Below are positions 1-8,432 of a DNA stretch of 64,000 nucleotides, in pieces; positions within the stretch are counted from its first letter, which is position 1, and each line of letters starts with the position of its first letter. Made by a program: the position numbers and the translations under genes. The notes under the pieces are model-generated. The model was not told the origin of the DNA, ran no database searches, and saw nothing but the letters and a program-made list of their open reading frames with translations. The stretch comes from Nitrososphaerota archaeon (GTDB lineage: Archaea > Thermoproteota > Nitrososphaeria > PSMU01). The stretch spans positions 192,001 to 256,000 of the forward strand of contig PSMU01000002.1 of assembly GCA_040290255.1 (NCBI GenBank). The letters are read 5' to 3'.

Positions 1-222
1 GAGCCTCAGGCCTGGGCCAGGTACCTGGCGCAGTACAATATGGTGAACGGCGTGCTGACCATGGCCGGCTCGATAGCCGGCGGCCTGAGCGTCGACCTGC
101 TTCTGCCACACCTGGGCCTTCAGGGCGCGCTCTTCGCCTCGTATCAGCTGGCCTTCGTCGGGCGAGTGGTCTCCTCCCTCCTCTTCCTCAGGCTTCGTGA
201 GCCGCCGAGGACGCGGGGATAG
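1..222 (+). CDS. MFS transporter, C-terminal fragment (5'-truncated by window edge)
   Basis: Frame is open from base 1 (EPQAWARYLAQYNMVNGVLTMAGSIAGG...). Hydrophobic helices end in FLRLREP, typical of an MFS C-terminus. Confidence 0.7.
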   Translation, partial: EPQAWARYLAQYNMVNGVLTMAGSIAGGLSVDLLLPHLGLQGALFASYQLAFVGRVVSSLLFLRLREPPRTRG

Positions 223-232
223 CCCTTTTCGC

Positions 233-1399
233 TTAGAAGTAGAGCAGATCGTACCTCCACTCCCTGAGCCTAAGGCGCGAGGCCTTGGGCAGCAGCTTGT
301 ACTCACCCTCGAGCCTGCCGCCATCCCTTATGGCCTGGGAGTACAGGGAGGCCAAGGGCGTGGGCCTTCGCCGAAACGAGTCGGCGAACTCAACGTCGAC
401 GAGCGCTATGAAGGGCTCATAACCCAGGCCCCATTCATAGCCGTGCAGGAGGCTCCACCAGAAGAACCCGCGCACGTCGAAGCCCGAGGCCCGGGCGCGG
501 CGAAGGCCGTCAAGTGAGGCCATCAGGAACTCAGCCCTCAGCGCTTCATTTCTCGTAAAGATGCCCGTTTCGGTGATGAGCAGCGGCCTAGAGGTGAGCT
601 GGCCTATGAGCCTTACCGCATCGAAGAGGCCCCTCGGGTTCACCGAATAGCCTACGTCCAGGCCTCCTAAATGAAGGTCGACGTAATAGTCTATGCCCAC
701 GAAGTCCATTTCCCTGCAGACGGCCTTGGCGAAGCTCCTCTGAAGGGCCCTATCGAAGGCATAGCTGAGCGCGAGGGAAAAGGGGTTGAGCCTGCTCGAT
801 GGCCTCACGGGGGACACCGAGAGCGTTATGCCCGCCCTCAGCCCCAGCGTATGGGCATACTCGGCCAGCTGAGGGAGCAGGGAGGAGAAGAGCTTAAGCG
901 CCCGCCTTACGCCGGCTATATAGAGCCGCCAGTAGGGCGGCAGGATGCCGGCGAAGTAGGCCATGACGGGGTAGATGTTGGGCTCGTTGAAGAGGAGCAC
1001 CTCGTCGCAGTAATCGGCCAGAAAGGCCATGGCCTTCTGAGCGTAGCGGACGAAGTACTTCTCGTTGCCGCTCTTCAGCCAACCCCCGTTGAGCGTGAAC
1101 CACTTAGGGTTCGTAAAGTGATGCAGGCCGGGCAGCACGCGCAGGCCCTGATCTTGGGCCTCCCGCAGGTACTGCCGGTAGAAGCGCAGCGCATCTTGGC
1201 TCCACACCCCGGGCTTGGGCTCCAGCAGGGCCCATTCAAGCGTGGTGCGCAGGCTATCGAGCCCCAGCAGCCTGGCCAGCGCGAAGTCCTCCTTATAGAA
1301 GAACATATGGCGGGCGCCATGCGTGGGCGGCATGTCGCATTCGAACTCGCCGAAGTGCTGATAGGCCGAAAGAGAGGCGCCCCACCGGAAGGAGGCCAT
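233..1399 (-). CDS. Glycoside hydrolase family 1 (beta-glycosidase)
   Basis: FRWGASLSAYQ N-terminus, YKEDF..LGLDSLR, LHHFTNP, acid/base FNEP, nucleophile ITETG, VRGFFWWSL..YEW. Confidence 0.9.
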   Translation of the reverse strand: MASFRWGASLSAYQHFGEFECDMPPTHGARHMFFYKEDFALARLLGLDSLRTTLEWALLEPKPGVWSQDALRFYRQYLREAQDQGLRVLPGLHHFTNPKWFTLNGGWLKSGNEKYFVRYAQKAMAFLADYCDEVLLFNEPNIYPVMAYFAGILPPYWRLYIAGVRRALKLFSSLLPQLAEYAHTLGLRAGITLSVSPVRPSSRLNPFSLALSYAFDRALQRSFAKAVCREMDFVGIDYYVDLHLGGLDVGYSVNPRGLFDAVRLIGQLTSRPLLITETGIFTRNEALRAEFLMASLDGLRRARASGFDVRGFFWWSLLHGYEWGLGYEPFIALVDVEFADSFRRRPTPLASLYSQAIRDGGRLEGEYKLLPKASRLRLREWRYDLLYF

Positions 1400-1454
1400 G
1401 GCCGCGCTAGGGGAGCGCGCTTAAAGGCTTAAGCACAACTTGCCCAGGGGGTGC

Positions 1455-1850
1455 ATGTTCAGCGCCGAGGAGCTGGCCTTCCTGATGAGGAACGAGCTCT
1501 GCCGGCTCGCGACCGTAGACCGCCGGGGCTGGCCCCATGTGGTGCCCGTCTGCTACATCTTCACGAAGGGGGCCTTCTACATGGTGACCGACCTGGGCAC
1601 CAAGAAGCTGGGGAACTTGCAAACGGACCCAAGGGCAGCGCTGCTGGTCGATACGTACAAACCCAACAGGGCCGTGCTGGTCAGGGGCAGGGCCCAGCTC
1701 CTTCTGAGCGGGCCTGAATTCATGGAGGTGACCGAGCTCTTCATGAGGAAGTTCGCATGGGCAAGGGCGGACCCCTGGCAAGAGAACGAGGCAGCCATCA
1801 TCAAGCTCGTTCCCGAGGCAAAGGTCAGCTGGGGGCTAGGCAGGGCTTAG
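1455..1850 (+). CDS. Pyridoxamine 5'-phosphate oxidase-like (PPOX/FDOR) flavin or F420-binding protein
   Basis: CRLATVDRRGWPHVVPV, TKKLGNLQTDPRAALLVD, KVSWGL; ATG at 1455 chosen. Confidence 0.85.
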   Translation: MFSAEELAFLMRNELCRLATVDRRGWPHVVPVCYIFTKGAFYMVTDLGTKKLGNLQTDPRAALLVDTYKPNRAVLVRGRAQLLLSGPEFMEVTELFMRKFAWARADPWQENEAAIIKLVPEAKVSWGLGRA

Positions 1851-2474
1851 CGCCCCCCTCAGGAAGACGAGGCCCAGGTAGACCAGCACCAAGGCTAGGG
1901 CCAGCAGAAGATATCTGTAGTACCTTTGCCTGAGCAGCTCTGTGCCCCTGCGGGCCATATAGGCGGCCGAGGTGAGGAAGGCGTAGTCCATCCAGACATG
2001 GGCTGCATACATGAGGGCGAGCCCCCACCAGGAGGCGAAGGAGAGCGCGGCGGTGATCAGGACCGCGCCCGCGCTGGACCACCAGAGGAGAAAGAAGGGG
2101 TTTAGCCCCGTGAAGGCGAGGCCGGCCAACAGGGGGCTGCGGGCGAGGCGCGCCGCGGAGCCCTTGCCGACCTCGCCCTTCGTTCCCGAGAGGGCGTCGC
2201 GGATGGTAAGCCCCGCGAAGCCGAAGAGCGAAAGAGCCCCGAGCACCGCGATCGCACCCCTTATGCTGGAGCTTTGCCCCAGCGCGTTGAGGCCAAGGGC
2301 CAAGAGCGAGACGTAGGGCAGCTCGACCAACGTATGCCCTAGCGCAGCCAACAGGCCGCCCTTGGCTCCCAGCCGGGCGCCCTGCAGAAGCGAGGAGAAG
2401 AACAGGGGACCCGGCGCCAGCGCGCCGCTGGCGCTCACGCCCACGGTGAGAAGGGCGAGCTCCGCGATGTTCAT
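1836..2474 (-). CDS. LysE family translocator
   Basis: SGALAPGPLF, GHTLVE, GLNPFFLLWW motifs; hydrophobic. Confidence 0.9.
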   Translation of the reverse strand: MNIAELALLTVGVSASGALAPGPLFFSSLLQGARLGAKGGLLAALGHTLVELPYVSLLALGLNALGQSSSIRGAIAVLGALSLFGFAGLTIRDALSGTKGEVGKGSAARLARSPLLAGLAFTGLNPFFLLWWSSAGAVLITAALSFASWWGLALMYAAHVWMDYAFLTSAAYMARRGTELLRQRYYRYLLLALALVLVYLGLVFLRGALSPA

Positions 2475-2569
2475 GTCCCCGCGCGGTGCGCTACTTCATC
2501 GGCCCGGGCAAGCCTCAGCAGATACCCGGCACATCATATGCTCAGCGCACTGCACGTCTGCGCGCCCCC

Positions 2570-3340
2570 TTAAAGGGCTTCTGCTTCCACGGCCCCCAGC
2601 GAATGAACGGCACCGACGCCATAATAAAGTAGAAAGCCCGCCAGCGCCAGCAGGGCCACCTTCCACGCTTCATAGCGCGCCAAGCCCAGGGAGGCCTCGC
2701 CCATCCTCACGATGTAGTAGAGCGAGGCGCCCGCGGCAAAGGCGAAGAAGCCCGAGGAGGTAAGGCTGATGCCGTAGGGCAGCGCCACACCGAGGATGCC
2801 GGAGAGCGTGATCAGCGCCAGGAAGGCGAGGAAAGGAGCGCGCCAAGGCCTGCGCGACGCGAAGGCTGAGAACGAGATGCCCACGATCATGGCCTCCACG
2901 AACTTGTGCAGGGCAAAGGAGAGCCCCGGGTAAAGCCCGCCCACCGCCTGAACCAAGTCGGAAATCGAAGGTGAAGAAGCGACGCCTCCCACCTCCATCG
3001 CCTCGGCCACGGTGTGAATGGCGAGGGCCACGGCCATCGCGGCGGCCACCTCCGCCCCCTGCAGCCTAGCCCTTATTCCTGCCCTCTCGATCAGCAGCAC
3101 CGTGAGCGCGCCCAACGCGAAGAGAAGCGCCAAGAAGAACGAGTTGAGGTCTAGAAGCGGGCTCTCGGGCAGGGCGGCTTCGCCCAGCAGGTCGCGCACG
3201 AGTGCCACGCTGGAGCCCAGCGCTACGGCCGCAAATGCGGGCACGGAGGCCTTTCTTGTCATGAAGATAAAGAGACCCAGCCCCGCCGAAAGGGCCACCA
3301 GCGAGCCCATAAGAGCCATGGAGAGGGCCAGGGGCACCAT
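2570..3340 (-). CDS. ZIP-family-like divalent metal transporter (divergent)
   Basis: Multi-TM protein with AIHTVAEAMEVG and ALHKFVEA, variants of the two ZIP HxxxE metal motifs, plus FAAGASLY. Confidence 0.65.
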   Translation of the reverse strand: MVPLALSMALMGSLVALSAGLGLFIFMTRKASVPAFAAVALGSSVALVRDLLGEAALPESPLLDLNSFFLALLFALGALTVLLIERAGIRARLQGAEVAAAMAVALAIHTVAEAMEVGGVASSPSISDLVQAVGGLYPGLSFALHKFVEAMIVGISFSAFASRRPWRAPFLAFLALITLSGILGVALPYGISLTSSGFFAFAAGASLYYIVRMGEASLGLARYEAWKVALLALAGFLLYYGVGAVHSLGAVEAEAL

Positions 3341-3362
3341 TCAACGTCTGAGGGCCTGCGCG

Positions 3363-3425
3363 CCTTAAAAGCTTATGCGTGCGGGTGTCCACACGACGGG
3401 CGTCTCCCTTAGCAAGCTTTTAAGG
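3363..3425. promoter_or_regulatory. Twin identical divergent promoter elements (AAGCTTTTAAGG on each strand)
   Basis: CCTTAAAAGCTT (3363-3374) is the exact reverse complement of AAGCTTTTAAGG (3414-3425). Each lies about 20-22 nt from a start codon (3340 on -, 3446 on +). Confidence 0.7.
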
Positions 3426-3445
3426 AGGCACCTAGGTCCAACCGC

Positions 3446-4594
3446 GTGCTCTTACCCACGACGGTGGTGGGCAGCTGGCCGAGGCCTGCCTGGCTCCTGC
3501 AGGCCCTTAGGCGCAGGGAGAAGGGGGAGCTCTCCTGGGAGGAGTTCAATGAAATAGCCGATGAGGCCGTGCTCTTGGCGCTAAAGTATCAAGAGGACGC
3601 GGCGGTCGATATCATCAGCGACGGAGAGCAGAGAAGGGACAACTTCTACTCCTTTGTGGCCGACAGGGTGGAGGGCATAAAGTTGATGACGGTCGCGCAG
3701 CTCCTCGACTACGTCGAGGACAGGAGCGGCTACGAAGCGCTGCTAGCGAAGCTGGACGTGCCCGCCTTCGCCATAAAGAGTCCCGTCGTCGTGGAAACGA
3801 TAAGGAAGGCGCGCCCGCTGGCCCTGCAGGACTTCCTCTTCGCTAAGCAGCACACGAGCAGGCCTCTTAAGGTGACGCTGCCGGGGCCCTATATGCTGCT
3901 TCGCTCGAGCTGGGTCAAGGGCATCTCCGACCGAGCATATCCTGACCGGTTGGACCTGGCCAGGGATCTAGTGGCCCTATTACGCGAGGAGATCGCGCAG
4001 CTGAGGGATGCGGCGGCGGCCTTCGTGCAGCTGGATGAGCCCGTGCTTATGGAGGTCCTCTACGGCGAGGAGGGAAGGCAGAGCTTTATGTGCGCCGCGC
4101 TGACGTACAAGAGCGACCCTAGCGAGGAGCTCGAGCTGGCAAAGCAACTCGTGAATGAGGTGGTGAAGGGGCAGGGCGGCCTCAAGATAGGGGTGCACGT
4201 CTGCAGGGGCAACTGGACCTCCAAGGAGGAGGCTCTGTTGAAGGGCGACTATGCCCCGCTCCTGCCCTACCTGCTGGACATGAAGATGGATCAGATGGTG
4301 CTTGAGTTCTCCACGCCGAGGGCGGGGGAGCTGAGCGTCCTGAAGGAGTATGCGAACGAAAAGGAGCTGGGCTTCGGCGTCGTGAACCCCAGGGGCTTTG
4401 AAGTCGAGAGGCCGGAGCAAATAGCGCGGAGGGTCAGGGAGCTGCTGGCCTTTTATGATGCCGGCAAGGTGTACCTAAACCCCGACTGCGGATTCGGAAC
4501 CTTCGCGGAGAGGCCCGTGACGACGGCCCAGGTGGCCTTTGCTAAGCTCAGGAGCATGGTGGCTGCCGCCGAGCTGCTGAGGAGGGAACTGTAG
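3446..4594 (+). CDS. Cobalamin-independent methionine synthase II family protein (MetE C-terminal/core domain only)
   Basis: PTTVVGSWPRP, ISDGEQRR, VQLDEP; Zn ligands HVCRGN, LEF, NPDCGF. Confidence 0.9.
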   Translation: MLLPTTVVGSWPRPAWLLQALRRREKGELSWEEFNEIADEAVLLALKYQEDAAVDIISDGEQRRDNFYSFVADRVEGIKLMTVAQLLDYVEDRSGYEALLAKLDVPAFAIKSPVVVETIRKARPLALQDFLFAKQHTSRPLKVTLPGPYMLLRSSWVKGISDRAYPDRLDLARDLVALLREEIAQLRDAAAAFVQLDEPVLMEVLYGEEGRQSFMCAALTYKSDPSEELELAKQLVNEVVKGQGGLKIGVHVCRGNWTSKEEALLKGDYAPLLPYLLDMKMDQMVLEFSTPRAGELSVLKEYANEKELGFGVVNPRGFEVERPEQIARRVRELLAFYDAGKVYLNPDCGFGTFAERPVTTAQVAFAKLRSMVAAAELLRREL

Positions 4595-4596
4595 GG

Positions 4597-5118
4597 ATGG
4601 AGCTTAACGGGCTTTCCCTCGAGGGCCTGCAGGAGATGCTTCGCTTGGTTGGCCAGCAGGAGCAGAAGGTGAAGGAGCTCTCGAGCTGGAGGGCCAGGAT
4701 AAGGTGGAATGGGGGCTTTAAGTGCACGGCCTACATCAGGCGACACATGCTCAAGGCCGATGAGCCCTCGGACCTCGCCGGCGTGGATGTGGCCCCCAAC
4801 GCCGTGGAATACCTCCTCGCCGCGCTGGGGTTCTGCGTGGCCGTGGGCTTCGTCTATAATGCCACGAGGAAGGGCGTCAGGATAGAGGACCTGGAGCTGT
4901 CAGTGGCCGGCAGGCTGGAGAACGTGCTGAAGTTTCTGAGGCTGAGCGAGGAGGGGAGCCCCGGCTATGGGCAAATAGAGCTTAAGGTCTATGTACGCGC
5001 TCAGGCCCCTAAGGAGGAGCTTGCCCGCCTTCTTGGCGAGGCGATTGAAACCTCGCCCGTCGCACAGAGCCTCATCAGGGGCGTGCGCGTCTCCGCCTCT
5101 CTCGAAGCCGTGGATTAG
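4597..5118 (+). CDS. OsmC/Ohr family protein
   Basis: ADEPSDLAGVDVAPNAVEYLLAALGFC; C-terminal SPV instead of CPV. Confidence 0.9.
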   Translation: MELNGLSLEGLQEMLRLVGQQEQKVKELSSWRARIRWNGGFKCTAYIRRHMLKADEPSDLAGVDVAPNAVEYLLAALGFCVAVGFVYNATRKGVRIEDLELSVAGRLENVLKFLRLSEEGSPGYGQIELKVYVRAQAPKEELARLLGEAIETSPVAQSLIRGVRVSASLEAVD

Positions 5119-5123
5119 GCGCC

Positions 5124-5663
5124 ATGTGGCCCTGGCCGCTGCTGGCCGGGCTAGCATGCTCTGCTTTTCTCGGCTACTTCTTTCTCTTCTCTTTCGTGTG
5201 GGGCGCAGGGTTTGAGCCCACCCCTCGGCGCAGCGTTGAGAAGATGCTGGAACTGTTGGCGCCGAGGCAGGGGGAGACGCTGTACGACCTGGGCTCGGGC
5301 ATAGGAACGATCGTATTATGTGCCGCGGAGCGGTACCCCATTAGGTGCGTGGGCCTCGAGCTCGAGCCGCTGAGGTATGCCATAAGCTTGGTCAGGGCCT
5401 GGCTTCGAAGGGGAAGGCTGAAGGGGCAGGTGACCTTCCTGAGAAGGAATATCTTCCGCGTGCCCCTCAACAAAGCCGATATGGTGACGCTCTTCCTTAC
5501 AGCGGGGACCCACAAAAGGCTCGAGAAAAAGCTCTTGAACGAGCTCAGGCAAGGCGCGCGCGTGGCCACCTACTACCACCCGATGCCCGGCTGGAGGGCG
5601 AGCGGCTATAGCCCCGAGCACCGGGTCTACCTCTACGTGATAGGGCAGAGTGAGCGCGGCTGA
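5124..5663 (+). CDS. Class I SAM-dependent methyltransferase with N-terminal TM helix (FAM173/aKMT-like)
   Basis: TM helix, then GFEPTP..VEKML..GETLYDLGSGIGTIV and ELRQGARV. Confidence 0.8.
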   Translation: MWPWPLLAGLACSAFLGYFFLFSFVWGAGFEPTPRRSVEKMLELLAPRQGETLYDLGSGIGTIVLCAAERYPIRCVGLELEPLRYAISLVRAWLRRGRLKGQVTFLRRNIFRVPLNKADMVTLFLTAGTHKRLEKKLLNELRQGARVATYYHPMPGWRASGYSPEHRVYLYVIGQSERG

Positions 5664-6432
5664 GCTCGTGAGGGGCGAATGGCTGGCGGGCCGACTCCTT
5701 GATAAGGAACTACAGATCCTCGATCCTAGGCCGCCCGTTAAGTACTTCTCGGGGCATATAGCCGGGGCCCTGAACGTCAGGGCGGATCGCCTGCTGGAAA
5801 CCCTGAAGCGAGAAGGAGCCGCGGCCGCCGCCCAGGCGCTGGGCAAGGCCGGCGTAAGCAGCGACAGCCTTGTCGTGGTCTATGACGATGCGGACGGCCA
5901 GCTGGCCTGCACGCTTGCCTGGATACTGGAATACCTGGGGCATGAGCGCGTCTTCATCCTCGGCCAAAGGCTGCAGGGCTGGCTGCTGAGCCACGGGCAT
6001 AAGGCGCTAAGGCCCACCGTAGGCCAGCCCACGCTATTTGAGGCGAGGCCCAGGGCCGAGCTAAGGGCCACCTTAGAGGAGGTGCGGGCCGCGCTCGGGA
6101 GGGCCAGGCTCTTGGATGTAAGGAGCCGGGAGGAATTCACCGGGGAGCTCAAGCTGCACGCAAGGGCGGGCAGGATACCGGGCGCCATAAACCTGCCCTG
6201 GCTCGAGCTCTTGGGCCAAGGCGATGAGCTCTTCCTCAGCGGCCACCAGATAAGGGCGAAGCTCGGCCCCTTGTTGGAATCAAACGCGCCCGTGATAACC
6301 TACTGCAGCACGGGCACGAGGGCCTGCGTAGCGTACTATGCGCTGCGCTGGGCGGGCCTTGAAGCCGTGAAGGTTTATGATGGCTCCTTCGATGAGTGGG
6401 CCTCGAACAGAGAGCTGCCCGTCGAGGAGTAG
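5650..6432 (+). CDS. Tandem-domain rhodanese (thiosulfate/mercaptopyruvate sulfurtransferase)
   Basis: GHIAGA, LLDVRSREEF, GRIPGA, active loop YCSTGTRA, VYDGSFDEW. Confidence 0.92.
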   Translation: MSAAELVRGEWLAGRLLDKELQILDPRPPVKYFSGHIAGALNVRADRLLETLKREGAAAAAQALGKAGVSSDSLVVVYDDADGQLACTLAWILEYLGHERVFILGQRLQGWLLSHGHKALRPTVGQPTLFEARPRAELRATLEEVRAALGRARLLDVRSREEFTGELKLHARAGRIPGAINLPWLELLGQGDELFLSGHQIRAKLGPLLESNAPVITYCSTGTRACVAYYALRWAGLEAVKVYDGSFDEWASNRELPVEE

Positions 6433-6448
6433 GCCAAGGCCATGATGG

Positions 6449-7186
6449 CTAGCAGAGGCCCCTCTTCGCGAGACCGTACTCCGAAACCAGCGTGACCACG
6501 CCGCTCGAGGGGCCGAAGAGGCTCTTACATGCGCTGGCCCTGGCCGCGTCTATCTGTGCGTAGAGCTCGGCGAGCGCGCCCGAGGCCTCTTCTCCCGTGG
6601 TGGCGCAGCCTAGGAGGCGCAGAAGCGAACTCCTCCCCCCTTCCTCCGCGAAGGCCGAGGCGAAGAGCAGCAGGGTATTCTCCTCCAGGAACTTGACCAT
6701 GGCTTCCTCTAGGCCTGCAACATACGGCCGGCGCAGGGCCTCCAGCGCCTTGGCCGAATGCTCGGCCTCCTCGGGCGCGTACCGCAAGGTGAGGGGCAAA
6801 GAAGTCCTGGCCGAAAGGAAGCTCAGCAGGGCCGCCAGCGTGGGCTCCAAGATGGCCACATGGAAGGCCTCCACCACCTCCGCCTCCCTGGCCAGCGCCC
6901 TAGATAGGCCTTCGCGCAGCAGGGGGCTGAGCCACGCGCGAGGCCCGGCGGAGTAGGGCTTAGAGAGCTCGCCCAAGTGCCTTAGGTCCTCCGCCAGCAG
7001 CTCCGAAAGCGGCGATAGGGAAGGCAGGCGCTCGGGCGCGGCCCTCTCGAGAAGGCCCGCCCTAGCCCTGACCTCGAAGAGCTCGAGGAGCCAGAAGTTA
7101 GCGGCAAGCGTGCCGAGCGCCAGCTCCTCCGTCGGCTCCTCCTCTAGCTCCTCCAGCGGCTCGCTAAGCCAGGCCGGTTTCAGCAA
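6449..7186 (-). CDS. Hypothetical ferritin-like (di-iron carboxylate) protein
   Basis: Helical protein with E, EDLRH, HVAILE and EEAEH in ferritin-like spacing; TTG at 7186 chosen because GGGAGG precedes it. Confidence 0.5.
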   Translation of the reverse strand: MLKPAWLSEPLEELEEEPTEELALGTLAANFWLLELFEVRARAGLLERAAPERLPSLSPLSELLAEDLRHLGELSKPYSAGPRAWLSPLLREGLSRALAREAEVVEAFHVAILEPTLAALLSFLSARTSLPLTLRYAPEEAEHSAKALEALRRPYVAGLEEAMVKFLEENTLLLFASAFAEEGGRSSLLRLLGCATTGEEASGALAELYAQIDAARASACKSLFGPSSGVVTLVSEYGLAKRGLC

Positions 7187-7556
7187 GGCCCTCCTCCCGA
7201 TATAGGCTCGGCGATGTGCCGAAGCAATAGAACTCCAGCGGGCGGGTGCCCGTGTTGATGAACTGGTGAGGTTCGCCGGGGCCGATGTAGACAACGTCGC
7301 CCTCCCTTATGCTTCTGACCGTGGGAACCCCCTTGAGCCTGGTGAGCACGGACCCTTCGCCGCTCGTCACGATCACTAAATGCTCGTAGACATGAACGTC
7401 ATAGGGAGTCTGGCCTCCCGGCTGAAGGGAGTAAAACCTCAGCCTAAAGAACTTGGATCCCTGCGCCTCGGAGACGAGCGTCCTGCGCAAAACGCCTCTC
7501 GCCCCCCTCTCTTCGAAGGCCTCGGCGGAGACCTGGGCCGGGCGCGTGATCAGCAT
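7164..7556 (-). CDS. Cupin domain protein
   Basis: LQPGGQTPYDVHVYEH and GDVVYIGPGEPHQFINTG. Confidence 0.9.
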   Translation of the reverse strand: MLITRPAQVSAEAFEERGARGVLRRTLVSEAQGSKFFRLRFYSLQPGGQTPYDVHVYEHLVIVTSGEGSVLTRLKGVPTVRSIREGDVVYIGPGEPHQFINTGTRPLEFYCFGTSPSLYREEGLAETGLA

Positions 7557-7578
7557 CGCTCGAAGCGGCCGGATAAGC

Positions 7579-7586
7579 TTATTAAA
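7579..7586. promoter_or_regulatory. Putative bidirectional TATA box (TTATTAAA)
   Basis: 29 nt from ATG 7608 (+) and 30 nt from ATG 7556 (-). Confidence 0.55.
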
Positions 7587-7607
7587 CTTACCCGCTGAGG
7601 CCACTAA

Positions 7608-7904
7608 ATGCTTCAAGTGGACGCGGCGGCGGGCCTCGTGGTGGGGGTCGCCGTCCCATTTGTCATGGGCCTACTCGTGGGCGCCGCCGTGAAGCGGACG
7701 ATAAAGCTCCTCGTCGTCATCATGGCGCTTGCGCTGTTGCTGGTGGCCTTCGGTTACGTTTCCCTGAGCTTCTCCGAGCTACTACGCGCCGCTCAGGCAT
7801 ATCTGCCCAAGCTGCTATCGGCGGGCGGCCAGCTGCTGAACATCCTGCCTTATTCCTCCGCGGCCTTCTTAGTAGGGCTGGCGCTGGGCCTCTGGAAGGG
7901 CTAA
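7608..7904 (+). CDS. Small membrane protein, FUN14-like
   Basis: GLLVGAAVKRTIKLLVV..GYVSLSF..LPYSSAAFLVGLALG pattern. Confidence 0.65.
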   Translation: MLQVDAAAGLVVGVAVPFVMGLLVGAAVKRTIKLLVVIMALALLLVAFGYVSLSFSELLRAAQAYLPKLLSAGGQLLNILPYSSAAFLVGLALGLWKG

Positions 7905-8402
7905 CGGCCTGCCATAGCGCTCCGAGAAGGCGAGCTCCGTGAGCGGGCGCCTGTCCTTCCTCCCCCTCAGCGGGCGCGCCGGGTAGCCGAAGCCGACCAC
8001 GGCGCAGGGGTATAGGTGGTCGGGCACGTGGAACTCTCTCCTGAGCTCCTTCTCCCTAATGCCGGTGAAGGGGCAGGAGGCCACGCCCAACTCCCAGGCG
8101 GCGAGCTGCATGTCCTGCAGGGCTCTGCCCGCATCGATCTGGTGAAAGGGGAGGGAGGGGTCGGTGAGTATGATGACCGCGAACGCCGCTCCTTCAACCC
8201 ATTGGCCCGTGGTGCTGTCTCTGGCCAAGGCCTGGAGGTTCGCCTTCTCATGGACTAGGATGAACCTCCAGTGCTGTGCATTACGCCCGCTGCCCGTGAG
8301 CCTGGCCGCCTCCAGCACCCTACCCATGACGTGAGGAGGCACGGGCCTTGGGGCGAACTCCCTTACGTCCAGCTTTGTGGCGATGCATGTGAAGACGTCC
8401 AT
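7869..8402 (-). CDS. Nitroreductase family protein
   Basis: DVREF, LEAARLTGSGRNAQHWRF, MQLAAWELGVASC, GFGYP. Confidence 0.92.
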   Translation of the reverse strand: MDVFTCIATKLDVREFAPRPVPPHVMGRVLEAARLTGSGRNAQHWRFILVHEKANLQALARDSTTGQWVEGAAFAVIILTDPSLPFHQIDAGRALQDMQLAAWELGVASCPFTGIREKELRREFHVPDHLYPCAVVGFGYPARPLRGRKDRRPLTELAFSERYGRPLALPEAQRQPY

Positions 8403-8432
8403 GCCAAGGGATCGCGCACGCCGATAATAGCC

